This document shows positions 48,970 to 56,524 of a DNA stretch of 56,524 nt, in pieces (position 1 is the first letter of the stretch; the number at the start of each line of letters is the position of its first letter). Origin of the DNA: a candidate division WS1 bacterium. Lineage in GTDB: Bacteria > Armatimonadota > Zipacnadia > Zipacnadales > UBA11051. Under the pieces are notes generated by a model. It saw only the letters and a program-made list of their open reading frames with translations. It searched no databases and was not told the DNA's origin. Location: NCBI GenBank assembly GCA_012518355.1, contig JAAYSP010000228.1:1-56524 (forward strand). Direction: 5' to 3'. A program made the translations under genes and the position numbers.

Positions 48970-49659
48970 TCAGCCCGGTATCCCGGCGATGCGGAAGAAG
49001 TTCTCCATGAAGCGCTTGCCGTCGGAGTAAGCATCACACCATGCTTCAGGATGGAACTGGGTGCTGTACATGATCCGCTTCCCGTGGCGCATAGCCTGTA
49101 TCTCACAGTTGTCGTTGCGCGCCAGATGCACAAAGCCATCAGGGAGCTTTTTCACTTCAGCGGCATGGGATTGGCGCACCATCATGGTGCCATCAAAGCT
49201 TTCGAAAATCGGATCATCTGCCAGGATTTCTACCTGCCACATGCCGTATTCCTTGTACTGACCCGGGTGGTATGCCGGGTTCAGATCGGGCTCGCCGGGT
49301 TCGAGTTTGCGCATGTGACTGTTCGACAACTGGTCCACCTGTCGCAGATCGTTGTTGCAGCAGTGGCCGATCAATTGATGGCCGCCACAAGCCCCGAAAA
49401 TCGGTACATCGCTGCCTGTGATCACGTCCGATATGCCGATCATGCGGTCGGTCGGCCACTCAGACCAGGGCACTGAGGTGCCGCTGATGAAAATCGCGCG
49501 GATGGGTAGTCGCTGCACCAGTTCAGGATTGACCTGGCTGTAGTGCTGCACCAGGACCGGCAGGTCGGTCAGGCTTTCGAGCTTGCACTTGAGATCATGA
49601 TGGCCCGAGGAAGTTTCATAAGTCTCACCTATGCGTTGCAGCGATACGAGCAGTATCAC
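48970..49659 (-). CDS. Class I glutamine amidotransferase-like protein (paralog 2)
   Basis: FISG, GACGGHQ (nucleophile Cys), QSH and QFHPE. Confidence 0.9.
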   Translation of the reverse strand: MILLVSLQRIGETYETSSGHHDLKCKLESLTDLPVLVQHYSQVNPELVQRLPIRAIFISGTSVPWSEWPTDRMIGISDVITGSDVPIFGACGGHQLIGHCCNNDLRQVDQLSNSHMRKLEPGEPDLNPAYHPGQYKEYGMWQVEILADDPIFESFDGTMMVRQSHAAEVKKLPDGFVHLARNDNCEIQAMRHGKRIMYSTQFHPEAWCDAYSDGKRFMENFFRIAGIPG

Positions 49660-49724
49660 AATCTTGACCTCCGGAGTTTGATTTCGTTTGATTCGGTTTT
49701 CTACTCTATATTTATGTAGTCTAT

Positions 49725-50417
49725 CTAATCTATCAGCCCCGCTATGCGTAAGAAATTCTGCATGAAGCGTTTGCCGTCCGGGTACAGCTCATCGTGCCAC
49801 CGTTCGGGATGAAACTGGGTGCCATAGATGGGGCGGTCGCGGTGGCGCATGGCCTGGATTTCACAGTTGTCGTTGCGCGCCAGGTGGATGAAGTCCGGTG
49901 GCAGTGTTTTCACCTCGCAAGAGTGCGACTGGGTCACCGCCAATTTGCCTTCGAAGCCCTCGAAGATCGGGTCCTGCTGGACGATTTCGACTTCGAAGAC
50001 GCCCTGCTCGAGAAACATACCCCAGGGCCGGTCAACCATGCTCACCGCCTCCCCGGGCCCCAGAGGCCGCATGTACTCATCCTCCAGCCGGTCCACCTGC
50101 CGAAAATCATCTGCGTTGAAGAAAAAGCCGAGCAGTTGATGTCCTGCGCAGGCGCCATGTATAGGCAGAGTGGTGTCCATCACCACATCGTACAGGCCAT
50201 CGAGTTTGCGACACTTCGCATTTGGCCACGGGCAGCCTCTACCGCTGAGGAAGATGGCCTTGAGCGGCAGACTGTCTACCAGTGCGGGAGTGATCTGGCT
50301 GTAGTGCTGTAGAAGTGCGGGGGCATCGGTCAGCTTTTCGAAGGTGCGCTTGACTTGAGTGTGGGCACACCTCTCATCATACTCCTCAACGCTCGCCATC
50401 GAAACCACGAGTATCAC
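49725..50417 (-). CDS. Class I glutamine amidotransferase-like protein (paralog 1)
   Basis: FLSG, GACAGHQ, QSH and QFHPE; AGGAG RBS. Confidence 0.9.
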   Translation of the reverse strand: MILVVSMASVEEYDERCAHTQVKRTFEKLTDAPALLQHYSQITPALVDSLPLKAIFLSGRGCPWPNAKCRKLDGLYDVVMDTTLPIHGACAGHQLLGFFFNADDFRQVDRLEDEYMRPLGPGEAVSMVDRPWGMFLEQGVFEVEIVQQDPIFEGFEGKLAVTQSHSCEVKTLPPDFIHLARNDNCEIQAMRHRDRPIYGTQFHPERWHDELYPDGKRFMQNFLRIAGLID

Positions 50418-50588
50418 GGGGCATTCTCCTTGTCTGGCACAAGTGACTGATCACCCTGCCATTTCCTCTGGCGCCATCCTCTATCCTGCTTTGGCAGGTA
50501 TGTCTCATGCGATGGGGAATTAGCCTTGCAGAGAGTCAGGTGAAATCCACTCGTGGCGATGGCATGACGCGGCTGAAGGAGTGTATAC

Positions 50589-51377
50589 GTGAGCGCAGGC
50601 AGTCTACGGATAAAACAGAAGTTGCAGGCCGGCAAACCCGTCATCGGCACCATGTTCTCGCACCTACACGGGCCGGCGGCATGTCGCGTAGCTCAGCGTT
50701 GTGGCTTTGAGTTCGTCATCTTCGATACCGAGCACTCGCGTCCGGGGGTCGAGACGCTTTCGTGGCTGTTTCAGGCCGCGCGCGATATCAGCCTGCCTGC
50801 CATCGTGCGGGCTCCGGCCTTCGAGGGGCAGTGGCCGACGCGCTATCTGGACCTGGGTGCAGCAGGCAATCTGATCCCCCGTGTTGAGACGCCGGAAGAG
50901 GCTGAGGCGATTGTGCGGATGCTCAAGTATCCGCCTGAGGGTGCGCGAGGGTGGGGCTCGGGCGGCGCGCTCGATGACTACAGCCGCCCGGCTGATCCGG
51001 ACTATCCTGCGCAGGCCAACGCAGCCAACCTGGTGGTGGTGCAGCTAGAAACCCGGGCAGGCTGGGAGGCGCGTGATGAGATCTTCAGTGTGCCGGGAAT
51101 TGACGCATCGTTTATCGGCCCCAACGATCTGTCGCTGTCGCTGGGTCTGCCTGCACAGTATGAGCATCCGAGTGTAGTTCAGGCTATGGATGACATCTTC
51201 GAGAGCGCCGCCGCTCATGGAGTGGCGCCGGGCATGCACTGTTTCGATATCGAAAGCACCACCAACTGGCTCAAGCGAGGGGCGCTGTTTATGGCGTTCT
51301 CATCCGACCTGTGGCTGATGGCTGACGCCGCCCACAGTGGTCTGCAGGCCATCCGCACAGCCGTGAACATGACATGA
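50589..51377 (+). CDS. HpcH/HpaI aldolase family protein
   Basis: FDTEHS, LDLGA, KYPPEGARG, QLET and FIGPNDLS. Confidence 0.92.
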   Translation: MSAGSLRIKQKLQAGKPVIGTMFSHLHGPAACRVAQRCGFEFVIFDTEHSRPGVETLSWLFQAARDISLPAIVRAPAFEGQWPTRYLDLGAAGNLIPRVETPEEAEAIVRMLKYPPEGARGWGSGGALDDYSRPADPDYPAQANAANLVVVQLETRAGWEARDEIFSVPGIDASFIGPNDLSLSLGLPAQYEHPSVVQAMDDIFESAAAHGVAPGMHCFDIESTTNWLKRGALFMAFSSDLWLMADAAHSGLQAIRTAVNMT

Positions 51378-52372
51378 CCGAACAAGGAAAAGCTGAATTG
51401 ATGAGCACACACAATCGCGTACTGATTAGCGCAAAAGCTTTCATAGATCACCCCCAGTACTTTGCACCGCTGGCCGATGCCGGTTACGAGATCGGCATCT
51501 GTGAAGAGGGCCCACTGTCGGCAGAGCGCCTGATAGAGCTGCTCCCTGGCCATATCGCGGCTATCGCCGCCATGGACGACTACAACGCACAGGTCATGGC
51601 ACAAGCATCAGACTTGCGCGTCATCTCCCGGTGGGGGGTGGGCATAGACAACATAGACCTGGATGCCGCCACACGACATGGTATCGTGGTATGCAACACT
51701 CCGGGCATGGTGACCAGTGCGGTGGCCGACATGACCTTTGCCCTTATGCTCAGTCTGGCCTACGACATACCGGCGGCAGCAGAGCGTGGGCGCAAGGGAC
51801 ACTGGGTGCAGGAGAAAGGTGCTGACTTTTTTGGGGCCACTCTGGGCATCATAGGATTTGGCAGCATCGGCCAGGCAGTGGCATATCGCGCACGAGGCTT
51901 TGACATGCGGGTAGTCGCCTATGACCCGTACGTGGATGTGACGCAGGCGGCGAAGCTTGGAGTGAAGCTTACAGACCTGAGCAGCGTCATCCAGCAGGCC
52001 GACTATCTGACACTGCACTGCAATCTAACTGAGGACAACTATCATCTCATCGGAGCTGAACAGCTGGCCGAGATGAAGCCGAACGCGTTTCTCATAAACA
52101 CGGCTCGAGGCGGCCTGGTTGACAGCGCCGCACTGCTCGATGCCCTGCGGGCGGGGCAGATTGCAGGCGTGGCTCTGGACACACTGGAGCAGGAGCCACC
52201 TGATCCGGCCGATCCGATACTGTCAGCGCCCAGATGTCTCATAACTCCACACAATTCGTTTTACAACGAAACCTCAGTGCGGCTGGTGAACACCCAGGTG
52301 GTGCAAAACGTCCTCGACGTGATGGCCGGGCGCCGGACACAATTCGTGCTCAATCCAGAGACACTGCGGTAG
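51374..52372 (+). CDS. D-isomer 2-hydroxyacid (phosphoglycerate-type) dehydrogenase
   Basis: RWGVGIDNID, GIIGFGSIG, INTARG, EPP and ITPH. Confidence 0.92.
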   Translation: MTEQGKAELMSTHNRVLISAKAFIDHPQYFAPLADAGYEIGICEEGPLSAERLIELLPGHIAAIAAMDDYNAQVMAQASDLRVISRWGVGIDNIDLDAATRHGIVVCNTPGMVTSAVADMTFALMLSLAYDIPAAAERGRKGHWVQEKGADFFGATLGIIGFGSIGQAVAYRARGFDMRVVAYDPYVDVTQAAKLGVKLTDLSSVIQQADYLTLHCNLTEDNYHLIGAEQLAEMKPNAFLINTARGGLVDSAALLDALRAGQIAGVALDTLEQEPPDPADPILSAPRCLITPHNSFYNETSVRLVNTQVVQNVLDVMAGRRTQFVLNPETLR

Positions 52373-52600
52373 CCCGGGCTTCAGATTTCGTGGTAGTGTG
52401 AACCTGGCTAGAGCACGCCTCATCATGGGGCTGCGCGGAGTCCAGTCTATAGTGTTCGGGTAGCTCAGCTTGCCCTATAGCATCGATTCCGTGTACACTT
52501 GTTCACATTCTCCGCAGGTAACTGGATACTTGCGAGGAACTATGCTCTGTAGCAGGTCAGAAACACGGCGTCAAATGTGCTAAGAGGAAAGGTGCGAGAG

Positions 52601-53331
52601 ATGATCAAGATTGGAGACTGGCTGTCTGAGGGATGGGCGTTGATAAAGGATGACATCGTCACCTTTGCCGTGGCGGCCTTGTTGGTGGGGCTGATAGGAA
52701 GTCTCACACTGGGCATCTGTCTGCCGGCTCTCAGCGTCGGATTGTTCATGATGGTGTTCAAGAAAATGCGTGGCGAAACTATAGCTATCGGCGATGTTTT
52801 TCAGGGCTTTTCCAAGTTCGGCCCGGCTTTTGTGGCAGTTATAGTGCTTGCAGTTGCAGTAGGCTTAATCGGAGTGGTGCTCAATTTCATCCCGATCCTC
52901 GGGCAAATCGCCGCGAGTCTGCTTGGAGTGGTTGTCGGTGGGGCCATGTTCTACCTGCTCTGCTCCCACTTATCGCCACTACTGACATCAGCGGCATAGA
53001 CGCGATCAAGGCTTCTTTGGAGAAGACCAAGCCGCAAATCGTCATGTATTCAGTCACCGCTTTTGTTTACAGTCTGGTTAGCGGTTTGGGAGCCATAGCC
53101 TGTTTCGTGGGTCAGTTTGTGACCTGGCCCTTGACGATAGCTGCGATGGCCCTGGCTTACCGCGACAACTTCGGCCTGCCGGGCACAGCGCCTGGTGCGC
53201 CCGCAGCGGCACCGGCGGCAGCCCCATCTGCTGCTCCCATGCCGCCGCAGGCACCACCTGCAGCGCCACCGCCATCGCCCGAGCCTCCAACCCCTGAGCC
53301 TCCGACACCTCAGCCGCCAGCTGGGCAGTAA
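52601..53331 (+). pseudogene. Integral membrane protein with Pro/Ala-rich tail, frameshifted by a 5-bp duplication
   Basis: Split into ORFs 52577-52999 and 53017-53331. Removing one copy of CTGCT at 52955-52964 gives a single 241-aa ORF collinear with the adjacent paralog. Confidence 0.85.
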
Positions 53332-53506
53332 TGGCGCAGTAAGACGAGGCGCAGGCGCAACAGAGATCTGGAAAAAGTGATGCTTGCCGTCCACGCAGAT
53401 GTGTGCTCCAGCACTATGCGTGGACGGCTATCTGTGTCTGGACGAGGCTCTGTTCACCGATTGCGCCGGCTCACGCCATTTGTCGCGTAACGAAAAGCAG
53501 CTTGAA

Positions 53507-54190
53507 ATGGCAGTATGTGACAGCAAAAAGATAGGGCCGCAGGTCAGAACCGGTGCCTGGCTGCGTGAAGGCTGGGCGATTGTGCGTGGCGATTTGCGCA
53601 CTTTTGCACCTGCGGCACTTCTGGCAGGGCTGCTGGCAGCCACTGTGATCCTCTCCGGCCCCATGCTTGTCGGCATGTTGATGATGGTGAACAGGCGACT
53701 GCGTGGCGAGCAAATCGCAGTGGACGATGTCTTCCTCGGTTTCAGCAAGTTTGTCCCCGCACTGGTGGCATCGCTGACCATCCTCGGTACTACTCTGGTG
53801 GCCCAGTTGCTGCTCGGTCTCACAGGAATTGGCGCAATCCTCATGCCCTTCGTAAACATCCTCATCGGTGGCATCACCTTCTACACATTTCAGATTATCG
53901 CCGCCACTGACGCCGATGGCATCACCGCCATCAAGCAGTCATGGGCGAAAGTCAGGCTGGAGGTAGGCACATATTGCCTGGCGAACCTCGTGTTCGATCT
54001 GGTATTTTATGCCGGATTTCTGCTGGCGCTTGTAGGTGCGATGATCACAGGCCCGGTCATGATCGCTGCCATGGCGGTGGCATATCGTGACCACTTCGAG
54101 GTACCTGAATCTCAGCAAGATACGGGCAAACCGGAAGTCCTGTTTCTGCCGGTGGAATCGGTTGCTGATGGTGCCAATACTGGTGACTGA
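53507..54190 (+). CDS. Integral membrane protein, paralog of the upstream frameshifted gene
   Basis: GAWLREGWAIV, RGEQIAVDDVFLGFSKF, FYTFQIIAATDADGITAIKQS and IAAMAVAYRDHF all parallel the upstream gene. Confidence 0.85.
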   Translation: MAVCDSKKIGPQVRTGAWLREGWAIVRGDLRTFAPAALLAGLLAATVILSGPMLVGMLMMVNRRLRGEQIAVDDVFLGFSKFVPALVASLTILGTTLVAQLLLGLTGIGAILMPFVNILIGGITFYTFQIIAATDADGITAIKQSWAKVRLEVGTYCLANLVFDLVFYAGFLLALVGAMITGPVMIAAMAVAYRDHFEVPESQQDTGKPEVLFLPVESVADGANTGD

Positions 54191-54193
54191 GGG

Positions 54194-55444
54194 ATGCTTT
54201 CGATGGGAGATATCCGAGTTGGTGTGATCGGCGTAGGACGTGGCTCGGGCTTTGCGCGAGGTGCCGGGACGCATCTGGGCATGGAGCTGGTGGCGCTGTG
54301 TGATACCTGGGAGGAAAAGCTGCAGGAGGTAGGCAAGCAATTCTCGGTCACCACTTATACAGACTATGATCGCTTCCTGGAGCACGATATGGACGCGGTC
54401 ATCCTTGCCAACTACTTCCACCAGCACGCTCCGTATGCCATCAAGGCGCTGCAGGCCGGAAAGCACGTCATGTCCGAGACTGCCGCCTGTTCCACGCTTG
54501 CCGAAGGGGTGGCCCTCATCGAAGCGGTGGAAAAGAGCGGCAGGATCTATATGTTCGCCGAGAACTATCCGTACATGGTGTTCAATCAGGAGATGCGGCG
54601 GCTCCATCAGCAGGGCAAAGTCGGCACCTTCATGTATGGCGAAGGCGAGTACGTCCACTCGATGCATCCGGACAACACCAATCGGATATCCCCCGGAGTA
54701 GATCACTGGCGCAACTGGATCCCCGCGACATACTACTGCACTCATGCTCTGGCGCCCATCATGTATATCACCGACACTCGGCCCGTGTGGGTGAACGCAC
54801 AGGTAATCACATACCCGAAGGATCACCTGACGCCGAAGATGACGGCAGTGCGCCATGACGCAGCGTCGGTGATTGTCGTGCGCATGGATAACGGTGCGGT
54901 GGCCAAACTGTTGCAGGTTAGTTTACGCGGCGATGGGGTGTGGGTGCGCATCCACGGTAGCCATGGGCTGATGGAGAACCTGCGCACCGGCGACAGCAAC
55001 ATGGTGCGACTTGTGCGAGAGCAGTACTGCGAGGAACGCACCGATCCCGGAGAGCAGATATACAGGCCTGACTTCCCCGTGCATCACGAGGAGGCCATGC
55101 GTGCCGGTCATGGTGGCGGCGACTTTTTCATGAACTACCACTTTGCTGAGGCCATACGCACCGGAAAGCAGCCCTACTGGGATGTGTATCGGGGTGTGGC
55201 CTGCTCGATCGTGGGGCCACTGGCATACCGTTCAGCGCTCAAGGGCGGCGACGGTGTGGCTGTGCCGGACCTGCGCAAAAAATCAGAGCGGAAGAAGTAT
55301 GTGGCCGATGAGTGGACACCAGACCCTGCCAGACGCAAACGGGGCTATCCGTGGCCAAGCGTTGAGGGCGACATCAAACCGACGGCCAGGGCTCTCGCCT
55401 ATGCCCGCAAAGTGTGGAAGTCTATAGGTTACGAAGAGCGGTAG
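54194..55444 (+). CDS. Gfo/Idh/MocA oxidoreductase, GH109-like
   Basis: VGVIGVGRG, GKHVMSE, YMFAENY, YGEGEYVH, YCTHALAP and GHGGGDF. Confidence 0.9.
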   Translation: MLSMGDIRVGVIGVGRGSGFARGAGTHLGMELVALCDTWEEKLQEVGKQFSVTTYTDYDRFLEHDMDAVILANYFHQHAPYAIKALQAGKHVMSETAACSTLAEGVALIEAVEKSGRIYMFAENYPYMVFNQEMRRLHQQGKVGTFMYGEGEYVHSMHPDNTNRISPGVDHWRNWIPATYYCTHALAPIMYITDTRPVWVNAQVITYPKDHLTPKMTAVRHDAASVIVVRMDNGAVAKLLQVSLRGDGVWVRIHGSHGLMENLRTGDSNMVRLVREQYCEERTDPGEQIYRPDFPVHHEEAMRAGHGGGDFFMNYHFAEAIRTGKQPYWDVYRGVACSIVGPLAYRSALKGGDGVAVPDLRKKSERKKYVADEWTPDPARRKRGYPWPSVEGDIKPTARALAYARKVWKSIGYEER

Positions 55445-55469
55445 AAATGCCTATATAGCTGTGCAGCTT

Positions 55470-55497
55470 TGCGGATTATGCGTGCGTACAATCCGCA
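55470..55497. terminator. Hairpin just after the Gfo gene stop
   Basis: TGCGGATT...AATCCGCA 8-bp inverted repeat with no clear U tract. Confidence 0.4.
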
Positions 55498-56173
55498 GAA
55501 GTAGCATAGGATGACTGATCTGGAGCGTCTTCAGGCTGTGTACTCTAGATAGAGGCAGGATCGTGTCCCCACTTTCCGCTTCCTCGATGCGCCGAGGTGT
55601 CGCGTGCTCTCTGCACCCCCCATCATCTCCGCTACTGGTCACGCAGGGCATGTCCAGATGGATGGGTGGGCAGACCGATTGAGTGAGTTCGGTCATGTCG
55701 AGACTGATAGTGTTACTGGGGCACCACCGGCCGCTTTTCCTCGAGGTCGATATCGCCCTGCCTGCCACGGATCTTGAAGCCAAGCCCCGCACGGAAGACA
55801 AGTGGAGGACAATCTATGTGCGAAAGTGGTGTGCTCACTCGTCAAGTGATAGACGACGGCATCACCCCGAGGCTATCCTGCTGGACTGGTTGGGAAGGGA
55901 AGGCAGGTAATACGCATTTGACTGAGGCGGAGAGCGTGCCGAATGTGTCGTGTCTGCTGGAGATAGAGCGCTGCTTTTCTGACGTAGAGCACGGTATCCA
56001 ACTGCTAGTCATCTTTGAGAAGATGTGCACTTTTATGACGCTGTTGTATGAGGTGACAGGCAATCGGGAAGACGAGTTCCCAGGATGCTGCTTCCTTAAC
56101 GACGCAGCAGGATGACGTTCGCAGACACGGTTGTAGTATGCGGCTCACAAATATCTTCTGCATCTGTACCCGT

Positions 56174-56207
56174 AAAACAAGAAGCCGACTCTGTTCGAGT
56201 CGGCTTC
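56174..56207 (-). terminator. Intrinsic terminator of tpiA
   Basis: GAAGCCGACTC / GAGTCGGCTTC 11-bp stem, followed on the minus strand by TTGTTTT. Confidence 0.85.
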
Positions 56208-56261
56208 GTATGATTTGGGCTACCAGGCTTGAGCCGGTTATCAGCAGCAATCGCTCCAGCT

Positions 56262-56524
56262 CTAGCTGACAGATTTAGCCGCTGCGGAAATTAGAGCGCA
56301 AAACGAGTCGGCTTTCAGAGATGCGCCACCGACGAGACCGCCGTCTATCTCGGGCTTTGCCATCAGGCCCTCGATGTTGTCGGGATTGACGCTGCCGCCG
56401 TAGAGTATGCGCATGCTTGCGGCGACCTGCTCACCTGCGACTTCGGCCACTGTGGCGCGGATGAGGCCACACACACGGTTGGCTTCATCGGCCTCGCACA
56501 CCTCACCGGTGCCGATGGCCCACA
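56262..56524 (-). CDS. tpiA: Triosephosphate isomerase (partial, 5' end outside the window)
   Basis: [14 protein letters not shown] and [10 protein letters not shown]. Confidence 0.96.
   Translation of the reverse strand, partial: WAIGTGEVCEADEANRVCGLIRATVAEVAGEQVAASMRILYGGSVNPDNIEGLMAKPEIDGGLVGGASLKADSFCALISAAAKSVS

Noticed and set aside
52390-52500. tRNA-like segments (GTAGCTCAGCTTG, CCTGGCTAGAGCA)
   Set aside because: No T-arm (GTTCGA), proper anticodon loop or acceptor stem could be built.

Overview
A 56.5-kb, roughly 60% GC bacterial chromosome segment, mostly housekeeping and catabolic genes. The organism is probably a diderm because the Kdo genes kdsA/B/D and a LapA-like gene are present; Armatimonadota/PVC-like is only a guess. 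Left part: partial UPF0182, DUF151 nuclease, a stand-alone 4x65-aa repeat protein, RNase HI, an MFS transporter, an RNase-H-like exonuclease, ltaE, rmlC-like, an M20 peptidase, a GT4 and the pntAA-pntAB-pntB operon. Middle: a ~15-kb minus-strand run (amrS, ubiB-like, maf, mreBCD, kdsB-kdsA-kdsD, metallophosphoesterase, coaX, dusB, acyl-ACP-reductase-like, lysS, UbiA/DPPR synthase). Right part: an accessory catabolic region (TIM-barrel isomerase, OPT-like transporter, epimerase, two Gfo/Idh/MocA proteins, HD protein, MDR dehydrogenase, tandem class I GATases, aldolase, 2-hydroxyacid dehydrogenase, tandem membrane paralogs) and partial tpiA. I found no rRNA, tRNA, CRISPR array, transposase, integrase or reverse transcriptase. 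Most unusual: (1) two tandem duplications spanning gene 3' ends (4x148 bp at 44.0-44.6 kb; 2x282 bp at 13.07-13.63 kb) whose spare copies carry several synonymous changes; (2) an ABBA-symmetric repeat protein behind a promoter/leader-ORF/terminator arrangement; (3) a Kdo gene cluster with no kdsC but a calcineurin-like phosphoesterase in its place; (4) a gene broken by an exact 5-bp duplication, plus two decayed gene remnants. All alignments and counts were done by eye.
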